A stretch of DNA of 64,000 bases, taken from NCBI GenBank assembly GCA_030390025.1, contig CM059431.1, forward strand, positions 130,450,001-130,514,000. The letters are read 5' to 3'. Numbering within the stretch: position 1 is the stretch's first letter; every line of letters begins with the position of its first letter. The notes beneath the pieces were generated by a model. The model was given only the letters and a program-made list of their open reading frames with translations, was not told where the DNA came from and did no database searches. Below, in pieces: positions 12,016-24,608 of the stretch. The position numbers and the translations under genes were made by a program. Origin of the DNA: Squalus acanthias. Lineage: Eukaryota.

Positions 12016-13879
12016 TAAAACTGAAGTCAATGGAAAACTCTCCACTGGCTGGAGTTATACCTAACACAAAGGAAGATGGTTGTGGTGGTTGGAGGTCAAT
12101 CATCTCACCCCCAGGACATCACTGCAGGAGTTCCTCAGGGCAGTGTCCTAGGCCGAACCATCTTCAGCAATGACTTTCCCTGAATCATAAGGTCAGAAGT
12201 GGGGATGTTCGCTGATGACTGCACAGTGTTCAGTGCCATTCGCAACTCCTCAGATGGGCCAGAAATTCGGCTTTCCGGCTTCCTGCGGGTGCAAGCATCG
12301 CGCGTGTACTTGCCTACCGCGCCTGCAGTTGTGCTTTGGGCCCACGAGGACTTCGGGTCCTGGGCCTCCTCCAGCTGCCGGCGCGCAGTGCTTGCGTATC
12401 CCAGGGGCACAGTTATTTCGAAGCATCCCCTGGGATCACGTGGGCCATGGAGAGCCAATCCTAGCAGGGCATTTTCATTCATGGATTTGACAGGAAGACC
12501 TGTCAAATCTATGAATAGAGATCGGCCCCAAAACCACACTTAAACTTCAAATACATTTTTTTTTTAAATCACATTTTTAAAATAACTATAAGTTAAATAA
12601 ATTAACTACTTTAAACAAAAATTAAAATTAAAAAAAAAATTAATTATACTTTGTAACGGTGCTAAAAATAAACTTACCTTTCTTTAAAGTATCTAAAAAA
12701 GATAAACCTGTTGAAAAATTTTTAAAATTGTAATTAATTAACCACTTACCTTGTTAAAAACAGGCCTTGCACCTCCTTTTTAAAAGTGCAGCTTCTTCAT
12801 ACTTACCTTCCCGGAGAAACCTGAAAAAAAAACCTAAGTTCGCTGCGTGCGCGCAGCCTTTCCCGCACACGCGTTCGACTTCTGAACCCCTCCCTTCAGG
12901 GGAACAGAAGTTCCGGTTTCCCGCACATGCGCAGTGCATGCAGGAAACCGGCACTTCAGGTGGCCTTACGGGTGAGTACACAGCGCGTACTCACCCGACA
13001 ACAGCCGAATTTCTGGCCCAATGAAACCGTCCATGCCCGCATGCAGCAAGACCTGGACAACATTCAGGCTTGGGCTGATAAGTGGCAGGTAACATTCGCA
13101 CCACACAAGTGCCAGGCAATGACTATCTCCAACAAGACAGCGTATAACCACCGCCCCTTGATATTCAACGGCATTACTATCGCCGAATCCCCCACAAACA
13201 ACATCCTGGGGGTGTCACCATTGACCAGAAACTTAACTGGACCAGCCACATAAATACTGTAGCCACAAGAGTAGGTCAGAGGCTGGGTATTCTGCGGTGA
13301 GTGTCTCAGCTCCTGACTCCACAAAGCCTTTCAACCATCTACAAGGCAGAAGTCAGGAGTGTGATGGAATACTCTCCATTTGCCTGAATGAGTACAGCTC
13401 CAACAACACTCAAGAAGCTCAACACCATCCAGGACAAAGCAGCCTGCTTGATCAGCACCCCCTCCACCACCTTAAACATTCACTCTCTCCACCACCGGCG
13501 TACCGTGGCTGCAGAGTGTACCATCTACAAGATGCACTGCAGCAACTCGCCAAGGCTTCTTCAGCAGCACCTCCCAAACCCGCAACCTCTACCACCTAGA
13601 AGGACAAGGGCAGCAGGCGCATGGGAACACCACCACCTCCAAGTTACCCTCCAAGTCACACACCATCCTGACTTGGAAGTATATCACCGTTCCTTCATCG
13701 TCGCTGGGTCAAAATCCTGGAACTCCCTCCCAAACAGCACTGTGGGAGTACCTTCAGCACACGGACTGCAGCGGTTCAAGAAGGCGGCTCACCACCACCT
13801 TCTCAAGGGCAACTCGGGTTGGGCAATAAATGCTGGCCTTGCCAGCGACGCCCACATCCCATGAATGAATAAAAAAAAA
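12016..13879 (+). mobile_element. 5'-truncated LINE (Crack/Daphne-like), same family as 9633-10748
   Basis: RT C-terminal motifs and the same 3' end gcccacatcccatgaatgaataaaaaaaaa. Confidence 0.9.
12256..13019 (+). mobile_element. Harbinger-type MITE family A, copy 1 (764 bp)
   Basis: 17-bp TIR GGGCCAGAAATTCGGCT; interrupts the LINE at cagat|aatgaa; near-identical to 41221-41985. Confidence 0.92.
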
Positions 13880-13964
13880 GCTTTTGGTCATCGCCCAAAT
13901 ATCTTATGTGGCTCGGTGTCAATTTTTGTATTATAACACTCCTGTGAAATTCATTGCTAAAGCA

Positions 13965-15706
13965 GCTGGGGCTGAGATGATTGGCTTCCAACAACCACAA
14001 CCATCTTTGTGTTATGTATGACTCCAGCCAGTGGAAAGTTTTCCCACTGATTCCCATTGACTTCACTTTTACGAGGGCTCCTTGATACCACAGTCGGTCA
14101 ATTGCTGCCTTGATATCAAGGGCAGTCACTCTCGCCTCACCTCTGGAATTCAACTCTATTGTCCATGTTTGGACTAAGACTGTAATGAGGTCTGGAGCCG
14201 AGTGGGCCTCATGGAAACCAAACTGAGCATCGGTGAGCAGGTTATTGGTGAGTAAGTGCCGCTTGATAGCACTGTCGACGACACCTTCCATCACTTTGCT
14301 GATGATTGAGAGTAGGCTGATGAGGCGGTAATTGGCCAGATTGGATTTGTCCTGCATTTTGTGGACAGGACATAGCTGGGTAGTTTTCCACATTGTCGGG
14401 TAGATGCCAGTGTTGTAGCTGTACTGGAACTGCTTGGCTGGAGGCGCAGCTAGTTCTGAAGCACAAGTCTTCAGCACGATAGCCGGGATGTTGTCGGGGC
14501 TCGTAGAATTTGCTGTATCCAATGTGCTCTGCCGTTTCTTGATGTCATGTGGAGTGAATCGAATTGGCTGAAGATTGGCTTCTGCGATGATGGGCACCTC
14601 AGGAGGAGGCCGAGATGGATCATCCACTCGGCACTTCTGGCTGAAGATGGTTGCAAACGCTTCAGCCTTGTCTTTTGCACTCGCGTGCTGGGCTCCGCCA
14701 TCATTGAGGATGGGGATATTCATGGAGCCTCCTCCTCCCGTTAGTTGTTTAATTGTCCACCACCTTTCACGACTGGATGTGGCAGGACTGCAGAGCTTTG
14801 ATCTGATCTGTTGATTGTGGGATCGCTTAGCTCTGTCTATAACATGCTGCTTCTGCTATTTAGCATGCATGTAGTCATGTGTTGCAGCTTCCCCAGGTTG
14901 GCACCTCATTTATAGGTCTGCCTGGTGCTGCTCCTGGCATGCTCTTCTGCACTCCTCATTGAACCAGGGTTGGTCACCTAGCTTGCTGGTTATGGTAGAG
15001 TGAGGGATATGCCGGGCCATGAGGTTACAGATTGTGGTGGAGTACAATTCTGCTGCTGCTGATGGCCCACAGCGCCTCGTGGATGCCCAGTTTTGAGCTG
15101 CTAGATCTGTTCTGAATCTATCCCATTTAGCACAGTGGTAGTGCCACACAACACGATGGAGGGTGTTCTCAGTGTGAAGACAGGTCTTTGTCTCCACAAG
15201 GACTGTGCGGTGGTCACTGCTACCAATGTTGTCATCGACAGATACATCTGCGACAGGCAGTTTGGTGAGGGCGAGGTCAAGTAGGTTTTTCCCTCGTGTT
15301 GATTCTCTCACCACCTGCTGCAGGCCCAGTCTGGCAGGTATGTTCTTTAGGGCTCGGCCAGCTCGGTCAGTAGTGGTGCTACCGAGCCACTCTTGGTGAT
15401 GGACATTGAAGTCCCCTACCCAGAGTACAATCTGTGCCCTTGCTACCTTCAGTGCTTCTTCCAAGTGGTGTTCAACATGGAGGAGTACTGATTCATCAGC
15501 TGAAAGAGGGCTGTAGGTGGTAATCAGTGGGAGGTTTCCTTGCCCATGCTTGACCGGAAGCCATGAGACTTCATGGAGTCCAGAGTCAATGTTGAGGACT
15601 CCCAGGTCCACTCCCTCCAGACTGTATACCACTGTGCCACCACCTCTGGTGGGTCTGTCCTGCCAGTGGACAGGACATACCCAGGGATGGTGATATTGGC
15701 TGACTG
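13965..15706 (-). mobile_element. LINE ORF2 5' half (APE endonuclease plus RT start), Crack/Daphne-like, frameshifted
   Basis: GGG..VY, VGDFNVHH, LLDL, SSDH (EN); NYR.ISLLS..SKVME, QFGF, ALDIK..D (RT). Confidence 0.9.
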
Positions 15707-15709
15707 ATG

Positions 15710-16412
15710 GCTTGTTTGCCAGGGCCGGCAATTATTTACACTTTTCATGTGAAGACACCAGTCAGAATGAACGGGCGCTCAGGTTTCCAGCTCTGGCTTG
15801 CTTCCCACAGGTGCAGAGCTGCACGCATGTGGCCATTAAGGCACCCCCAGATCAGCAAGAGCTATTCATCAAATGGAAGAGCTTCCACTCCATCAATGTA
15901 CAACTGGTGTGCAACCGCAAAAAGATATTTATGCGGGTGCGCAAGATTCCCGGGCAGCTGCCATGATGCTTTTGTCCTGCGGCAGTCCACCCTCCCTGAT
16001 CTCTTTTCACCTCAAAGCAGACTTACCGGCTGGCTGCTGGGAGACAAGGGATACCCACTTAAAATGTGACTGATGACACCCGTGAGGAACCCAACAAATG
16101 AAGCCGAGGAGTGATACAATGAAAGCCATGTGACAACCAGATGTGTCATTGAGCATGCTGAAGATGTGCTTCAGGTGCCTGGACAGATCTGGAGGCACCC
16201 TTCAGTACGCACTCCTCAAGAATGGTCGTGGTGTGCTGCGCTCTGTACAACATTGCACAGCAGCGAGGTTTAGACCTGGAAGAGGAACAAGGCTCAGAGC
16301 CTCTTCAGATGATTCCGAAGAGGAGGAGGAGGGGGAATGTGATGCGGCCAATGCACCAGAAGTGGCGCTCATTGATGCCCGGGCTACCCTCATTATTGCA
16401 AGGTTCACTTAG
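15710..16412 (+). pseudogene. Harbinger transposase relic (3' part)
   Basis: [32 protein letters not shown] and LK.CFRCLDRSGG motifs across frameshifts. Confidence 0.88.
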
Positions 16413-16834
16413 GTTACACTAGTCAACCCATCTGACAACCACATGCAAAAGCCATTTTTCTCCCCCCCACCCCCACCCTGCCCCCAAACCCACCTCAATG
16501 ACACTAGCACAAAGCAGTCCTGCAAACAAGCATCCCTTTCAAAGCCCCCCCACTGCTTGGCATCAATTCTTGTCTTACCATTCCTCACAAGTAAAAAGGC
16601 CACAAGTGAAAAGGCAGCAACCGAAAATGGGTAAGACGGGAAAGTGGTGGAAAGAAAATATATTTATGTGGCTCAAAAATAAAACAAAAACTTACTACCT
16701 GGTGACAGAATTAAATATCACACAGCCACATGGCATACAACAGTCTCTCATGTTGACAATGTCAGCAGCCAGTGAAATATGATCATGTGCATAATGGTAA
16801 CTTAAAACATTATCATAACAGTTCTAATTCAGGT

Positions 16835-17105
16835 TGATTTGGCTATGATAAATTGACCCTTAGTGTTAGGGGGGGATTAAATATGTGGGGTTGTGGGGAT
16901 AGGATGGGATATGTTAGGGGGAATTAAATACGTGGGGTTACGGGGATAGGGTGGGATATGTGTACTGTGGGGATTAAAGTAGGGACAGGGTACTGGATTT
17001 GGATGATCAGCCATGATCGTATTGAATGGTGGAGCAGGCTCGACGGGCCGAATGGCCTACTCCTGCTCCTAGATTCTATGTTTCTATGTTTCTATGTTTC
17101 TATGT
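16835..17105 (+). mobile_element. HE1-type SINE piece fused to a CR1 3' tail
   Basis: 16835-16960 matches the reverse complement of 43425-43505; ends gggccgaatggcctactcctgctcc plus a (tatgtttc)n tail. Confidence 0.75.
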
Positions 17106-17119
17106 CTTTACTCTCCCAC

Positions 17120-20100
17120 AGGCCCATCAAGTGTTCCCCCCACCCACCCCCGCCCCCCCAACTGTCCAGCCAGAGGAAGTCGCGGACTCTGAGGGTGCAC
17201 CGTCACACGACCCGTGCACACTCAGCATCAGCGCATATACACACACGTCGGTGTGTCCACTAAGTCAGAAAGTAGTGTTGTCACCTGGTGTCTCACAGAT
17301 CACGTGAGCAAGAGCAGATGGTGGAGACAGGGGCAGCAGTGAAGAGTCCTCAACGGAGGGCGCAGGACGCTCCAAGCGGTGCCCAGCTGGACGAAGATGC
17401 TGAACCTCGGGGGCTGTCGATGAAGCGGTGATTCTTGAGGAGCAACAGAAAGTGTGGGAGACTATGGCAGCTTTTCCAGCTGCGATGTGTTCAATTGTAG
17501 GGAGAATGGAGGTGTCAATCTCTAGCATGATGTTGCAAGCCTTGGCTATGATGTGTTTGTCCATGGAAAGGGTGGCCACCCGAATGGAGCATCAAATGCG
17601 CCAGTCAAATGAGTGCATGCTTGCTGTGAACACCAGCTTGCAGACTCTGAGTGCAGCCATATCTAGGATGGATAGAATCCTAGAGCTGGCCATTCATCCC
17701 CCCACTGATGTGTGGCAAAGTGCTCTCCAGCTCCTTATTAGCAGGGAAGTGCAGGTGGGCCATGAGAGGGATGATGGTGAGAGGGGACATGGAAGTGGAG
17801 ACTCTGCTAAAAGCGCTCCCACTTCTCCGTTGCTCCCCACCTCCTCCCCCCCCCCACCCCCCCTGTCAGAGCCCCACATGCTGCCGCGTATCCCGATGGC
17901 TGAGTCTGCTCCTGCACAGTTGCAGGTGGAGCAGTCTTTGGCGGGGCCTTCACAGGCTCCAAAAACCCAGAGGACGTCTGCCAAAAGTATCTAAACAGTC
18001 GGAGCAGGTATGTGAGCTGCCTGCCTCTATCTCTGCTGAAGCCACAGGGGTTGCAGTGTGTAGGAGTTGTAGGAAGAGAAAGATGAAACAATTTTGGATG
18101 CACATGGGTGTGTTATAAAAAGTTAGATGGTTAAGTTTCTGTTGAATTTTTGAGCCACATAAAATTATTTCTTTGCACCACTTTCCCATCTTGTCTGCTG
18201 CCTAGCAAATGGCCTTGTCACTTCAAGCGAATGGTACGACATTACTTAACCTCGAGCAATGGGTGTGTGTGACAGGAATGGTTTGGTCATTTTAGGACTG
18301 CTTCGTGGTGGTGGGGAAGTTGGTTCAGCATCTAGGTGCCATACGGGTGCACTGGTGCAACCTACCTAAATCGTGCCATTATGGGGTCATCCCGGGCAGC
18401 AATGTGCGCCGCTACTGTGCAGTGTCCACTTCAGGTTCCTCCTCCTCCTCGTGTTCCTCCTGCTCCTCCAAAGAGGCTCTGCGCCTTGCTCCTCTTGCAG
18501 CTCCAATCCTCACTGCGGCGCTGTGTTGTGCAGAGTGCAGTATACCACGATCATTCTGGAGACCCCGACTGCTGCGTATTGCAGGGCTCCTCCAGATCTG
18601 TCCAGGCATCTGAAGCGCACCTTCAGCATCCCGATTGCTTACGCTATTACACATCTCGTCGTTATTTGGCTTTGATTGTAGCGCTCTTCGGCCTCATTGC
18701 TTGGCCTCCTCAAGGGGGTCATCAGCTACATCTTCAGTGGATAGCCTTTGTCTCCAAGCAGCCAGCCAGTTGAACCATGACAGCTCCCTGGGAATCTGGC
18801 ACACACATGCATGATGATCTTTGTGGTTGCAGACAAGTTGCACATTGATGGAGTGGAAGCCCTTACGGTTCACAATCACTCTTGGGTGATCTGGGGGTGC
18901 CTTAATGGCCACATGTGTGTAGTCGATGATGCCCTGCACCTGTGGGAAGCCAGCCAGAGCTGCAAAACCGAGCGTACGCTCAGTCCAACTGACTTCATCA
19001 GTGGCAAAGTGGCAAACTCTTGTCAAACATAGCATCAGTCACCTGGGTGATGTATTTGTGGGTGGCCAACTGCAAGATCTTGCAAATGTCTCCTGTAGAT
19101 CCCTGGAAGGACCCTGAGGCGAAGAAGTTGAGGGCGGTGGTGACTTTGATCCACTGGTAACGCATGTCCACCAGGTCCATTTAGCAGCAGGTCTTCTTCC
19201 AGCAGGCTACAAATGTCTGCCACGACCTGACACGATAGACTGAGCCTCCTGAGGCACTGGTGTTCAGTCATGTCCAGGAAGCTGATCCTCTCCCTATACA
19301 CCGTGTTGGGGGTATCGCCTCCTGCGAGCTGCACCTCTCTGCTCATCCCCTCTCTCCTGTGGAGCGGCTGGTCAGTGAGGAGAAGGCTGCTGCTGCTCCT
19401 GCTGGTGTTGTTGCTGCTGGTGCTCATCTTGGTCCTCATCTGAGGTCCAAGGTGAAACAGCATAAGCAGCACCCATGCTGATCTATTACATGACAGGGGT
19501 AAAGTGGAGATCAGAGGCACAATCCTCCAATGCAGTGAGAGTGACTTCCAAAGTTGTAGAAATCACCTGCAAACTCCTGAAAGCAAACTCTCAGCACAAG
19601 TGGTGTCAGCAAGAGCCTTTCCCTTAGGCAAGGAAGCAGGTGCGAGTATTTCTGTGTTTTTTTTAAACTTGCCTTCACTGGCTAGGTTCAGCAAGCCGGG
19701 AATCCCATGGACAGCCAGTAAAACCTGCAACATCAGGTAAAAAAAGGCTGTTAATAGCCTCTTAACGATCTCTGAACTGCTTTAATCAGGTCACCCGCCT
19801 CTCAAAAAGGGGGTCTCTTGCGCGCTGACTAACACGTCCAAGTTAACGGGTTGAAGCCGGCAGGTTGAAGCCAGCTTCCTGAGGCCTGAGAAACCCGACC
19901 AGCCAGAGTTAAATTTGTAATGGTGGTTAAATCTGAGGCATGCCAGCCTCATTATAATATTTAAATGAGCGACCCACCTCCTGGGAGCGAATTGGCTGCC
20001 CGCCCCCTGTCCCGCCTCCGTTTAAAACCGGAAGTGGGCGGGTTGGGGTCGGGATTCAGTTTTTTAACACTTTAACCTCCTGCCCGACCCCAACCCTGTT

Positions 20101-20122
20101 TTTTAGGGTTAAAATTCCCCCC
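17120..20122 (-). mobile_element. Decayed two-gene Harbinger element (transposase minus at ~18340-19476; ORF2 last-exon relic plus at ~17121-18100)
   Basis: [42 protein letters not shown] and [11 protein letters not shown] on minus; convergent ORF2-like exon after acceptor ctcccacag; terminus ggttaaaattcccccc at 20122. Confidence 0.85.
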
Positions 20123-20559
20123 TATGATTAACAATGCTTATTTTTTTGTGATAAACCCATTTTCAGCTGTATTCATAAAACTGCACCAGGCTATAACTCT
20201 TAAGTGTAACAAAGAATATTTTTTAATGCAAAAATTAGCTTTCTTAATTACATTATAAAACGCTGCCTGATTGCACTGGTTCATGGAAGATTTTACTTTC
20301 AGCAATATGCAAATATGAGTTTGAGCGAAAACTTAAACAAACAAAACACTTTTGAAAAGTTGTGCAATTTTGAGTGCAATTTGCACCTGGATCGCCGATT
20401 GCGCAGAAAGCGGAAACTCTCAGCCCAGATTTCTACCTCTAACCGGTGCACGTTGCATACGATCTTACTGTGTATAGTCAGTTTTAAAAATGGTAAAGGT
20501 TAAAAATTAAATGCAGAGGCAAAGAAAGATATGCATAAAATAAAGGCCACTAATTTATA

Positions 20560-20836
20560 GGGGGTAATTTTAACCTGAAAAAAACCGGGTGGGTTGGGGT
20601 CGGGGATCCCGGGCCTCGGCATTCCCGGTAGCTGCAGCGAGGCAAGGTCAGCCTCAGGGAGCAATCCTTGTGGGCCGGGAGGAGCAGGAATGGCCCCCCA
20701 AGCTCACCTACCACCAGTCCGCCCCATACAAACACCCCTGCCCCCCCCCTCCCACCCCACCGCCAGACCTCCGGGTTTCCCGTAGTCCACTAGGCCCCTC
20801 TGCTCCCAGTGGGTCAGAAACTTCAAAATTCCGTCC
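20560..20836. mobile_element. Short Harbinger-type MITE
   Basis: Starts gggggtaattttaacc (same TIR class as 20122 and 35648) and ends aaaattccgtcc. Confidence 0.6.
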
Positions 20837-22124
20837 ATAGTTTTCTTGGAATAATAGACAGAGCTGTGGAATTAAATCCCAAAGGGCCAGTAAAAATCTT
20901 AGAATACCTTTTAATGAAAATGGAGTTTGACTTATTCAGTCACTATAAATCTGTGGCCTGGATGTTATGCTGTACACAGCATAAATATCGCTCATTATAA
21001 AATGGTGCATTCTCTAGCTCACAATGAACAATATCATGGGAGCTCTATATTATAGCTAATACAGTAATATGACAAATATAAGGCTACTCCAAATATCTAA
21101 GAGATTCTTGAGAGTTATACTGTTTGACGTGAAATCTTGAAAAAAATTAAAATGGCCTCCTCTGGGATTACAGAGATCCTGGCACGATGAGGTTGAACTC
21201 AGCTGCTCTAACATGTTATATGTTGTTCCTAATTTGAAGAACTAGAAGGAAAAATTGATTAAACCTCATTGATGGTTTTCTAAAATACGCTATAGAAGTG
21301 AGTCATATAACTTTCAACACTCGTACGTTCTACAAAAGGAAACATACATTTATCAGTACTGAAACCCACATGCAGAGGTTGTCAGCATGATTTCTCACAA
21401 AAATCTTCAATTCTCCAACAAGAAAGACATCTGAACAAAATGACTGCACAATTCTATTGGCACTCAAATGTAGAAATTGCATTTGTTAGGAAGTGTGAGG
21501 TTTTCTATTTTTATTTTGCAAGTGAGCAAATTTATAGATTCATAAATGAATTGGTCTTAAATTCATTTAAATCTGTCAGTTCACACAGATGAAAATCATC
21601 AAGCAATAAAAGCTAGTCGAGCATTATATTAAACAGCTGAACTTGTCAAAATAATCAGTCTTTAGTTGGTCCCAATTCTAGAGCATGAAAATCTCATAGC
21701 CAGTGGCAGTCTTGTTTTTAATCTGCTATTCAAAAGTTAATTTAAGTTCCTGTGCAACAAAACTTCATCAAAAATGTCAACTTTGCATTCAGCTGTATGA
21801 AAGGTTTCCTGTACATACATTTTAAAATGACTTTCATAACATGTGCACTTGGCAGTTCAAAATTTAGAATGACCTAACTCGTATGTAAGCTCATTTAATG
21901 TTTGCATATTTTGATCTGATGATGGAAGCAGTGCAGTATGTGAGTGGAATATTTGTTGGAGATTGTTACACCTGAGAATAGTTCTGAATAAGTAACATGA
22001 TGCAAGTTGATGTGGCATAAAAAATGATGAACTACAAAACCACTACACATTAACTTGTATTTACTCTACTATCATTGAGAGTTCATCAGTTACAAATGTT
22101 TATAGAAGTGCTGCAGTACAGTTA

Positions 22125-22451
22125 CAGGTTGAGCGTCCCAAATCCGGAGATCCGGAATGTTCCGGAATCCGGACTCCGGGAAGATTGGTGGCAGGGGTCC
22201 GGAATCCGTAAAATGTTCCGGAATCCGGACACCCTGAGGGAGGCTTACCAAAAACCGGAAATAGCGCAACCTGGGCCCAGGCATTTCCGGACTCGGCACG
22301 TATTTCTGATGTCCGAAGTCCGGAAATATCGCAACCTGGGCTCGGGCGTTTCCGGACTTCGGACATCAGAAACACGTTCCGAAGTCCGGAAAAACCCGAA
22401 AACCGGCTCGGCCTCGGTCCTGAGGTTGCCGGATTCGGGACGCTCAGCCTG
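22125..22451. mobile_element. Tigger-derived MITE (327 bp)
   Basis: 23-bp TIRs CAGGTTGAGCGTCCCAAATCCGG / CCGGATTCGGGACGCTCAGCCTG (2 mismatches); TA left, TG right; many TCCGGA motifs. Confidence 0.88.
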
Positions 22452-22512
22452 TGCTGCCTTTCTCTTAGTTCTGAGTGCAAGTAGACCAGCTGGTGAGTGC
22501 AGGGAAGTAAGA

Positions 22513-24608
22513 GGGGGTGGAATTCAATAAGACCCGAAACTGGGAACGGGCACCACAATATGAGATATGCCCACATCCGTTTAGAAAGCGCAGGCGGTAC
22601 ATCAGTTTGGTGCTGTCTGCTACTTTACATGATAGGAGCGCACAGCCGAGCAACTATCGCAAGTTAGCTTCGCTGGAGCAAGATTGCCTTTCCTTAAAAC
22701 TAGGCTGTTCGTTTGCAAGGCAGTCTCTAGCCCTTAAAGTTGAAAATGAAAATCGTTCAGAACCAGGCAGTCTGCAGCTCTTAAGCTGAACTGCCTTCTG
22801 CACATAAAAATGCTTCAGCACTAACACAAATGGCTCAACGGGCCAGGGTAAGGGCACCCGCATTTTCAGACGCAGCACTCCAGCTTTGTGCAGGGGGTCA
22901 ACACTGGAAGAGAGGTCCTCTACTCACAGGGGGCCAGGAGGCCCTCAAGAAAGAATGATGTGGGACCAGATTGCCGAGGTGGTCACTGCCAGGAGTGTCG
23001 CCCCAGGACCTGGCTCCAGTGCCCAAAGAAGTTTCATGACCTCAGGCGAGTGGCCAAGGTCAGAGAATGCATCATCAAAAGCCGTCTCCTACCAGCTGCA
23101 CCACTAGCCTCACACACTGCTCAATGCATGTCCACTCCCATCACTCACCTACCAACAATCTCTACCAAACACAAGGCACACCTCACATTCCTAGCTTCAC
23201 CTCACCCCCTTGGAGGTGACGGTACTGGCCATTTTTGGCAGGGGCATGGCTGAGCCCTTGGCCAGTGGTGGGGCTGAAAGAATACAAGATGCTGGTATCC
23301 TCATACGTTATCCTCCTTCAACACATCCCCCTACCCCCTCATCCCACAATATCTTCTGATATACAAGCTGCACATAGTGTAAGCATGCACCTCTTGCTTT
23401 TCCGCCCTCCCCTCACCACAACCCTACCCTTGTGCCTTCCTCATTTCAGACATCCAGGAAATCTAGCCTCCCCAGCTAGTGGTTGACCAAGAAGAGGGCT
23501 AGGAGAGTGAAGAAGAAGAAAAAGAAACACCGTCACTCGGTTTCACACTCCCAGTTATCAGCTCCTTGAGGTTGTCCTGCAAGGCCATCTGCAATGTCCC
23601 CCATTGAAAATCAGCAGCCTTCCACCAGCCATGCTACAGCCACTGATGTAGCACTGTGTAACATCACTAGGACAGGCAAAGGCAGATGCAAGACAGTCAT
23701 TAAGGAAATCCACAAGGGTGATTAGTTGATTTTTTTGATGTAACATTGGATGCATATATGGATAAAGTTGGATTGGAAAGTTTGCTTCGTGGTGGCTTTT
23801 ATTTCAGCATTGTGGCCAAGAGGACGCTGTGATGGTCAGTTACAGAGGGAATGTAAGATGTGGGAAAAATATTGAAAGGGAATTGGGGTTGTGTTCACTG
23901 GTACTGCAGGCGGATGATTCAATCCCGGACATCCCGGCCAGAAAGGGGCTGTCTGGTTTGCCTCCTTCCTTCTGCTTCTTCCTCTTTTGCTTCCTCCTCT
24001 TCTGCTTCTTCTTCTTCCCTCTGTGAACAGCTTGTCCCCTTTGCTGCCTCTGCTTCATCTTCAAGTAATGTTGCAGCCCAAGGGGGACTGCAACTAGAGC
24101 CCCCAGGACTGTGAGCAAGTAGTGTTCTCAGAGGCCTTCCTTTAACATCCAAAGCTTTGCAGGCATCCTACAGCACTCCTTGTACACTAACTACTTCTAA
24201 AATGTATTGCACCAAGCCACTACTCCAATAAAATGTGAAAAAAAAGTCCAAAAGCTAAAATCTAAACTTATCTGAAAGATGTGTATGTCCCTTTAAGAAG
24301 CGCTGGCAGCATCTCTGTAGTACTGCTGCACGCACGTTCTTCTGTGCGTGGTTTGGAGAGGGCAGTATCCAGAGTGGCAACATCAAAAATCACAGTCGTG
24401 CTTCAATGCAGGCGTTGCACGCCAAGTGACGTCACAATTTGCATATTTACATGTGGGCAGTGAGCGCAGCCAACAGCAGCGCTACCGACCTTCCACAAAA
24501 TGCCATACGCCACGTTCTGCACCAGAAGCAGGTGGAAGGAAGGCGGCCGCCATTTTTTCAGTAAAACTGGCCTTAACGGCTGGCGCTAGACCTCCGAATT
24601 TTGCGTTC
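22513..24608. mobile_element. Decayed, internally deleted Harbinger element
   Basis: Myb exon-1 relic on plus (~22830-23060: MAQRARVRAPAFSD...RTWLQCPKKFHDLRRVAK|GT); transposase remnants on minus (~23890-24150); termini gggggtggaattc / gaattttgcgttc. Confidence 0.7.

Larger units (their letters stand above)
11730..13950 (+). mobile_element. L2 3' fragment interrupted by a LINE (12016-13879), itself interrupted by a MITE
   Basis: L2 breaks at tttgaccaag (12016) and resumes as gcttttggtca after the poly(A) at 13880. Confidence 0.85.
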
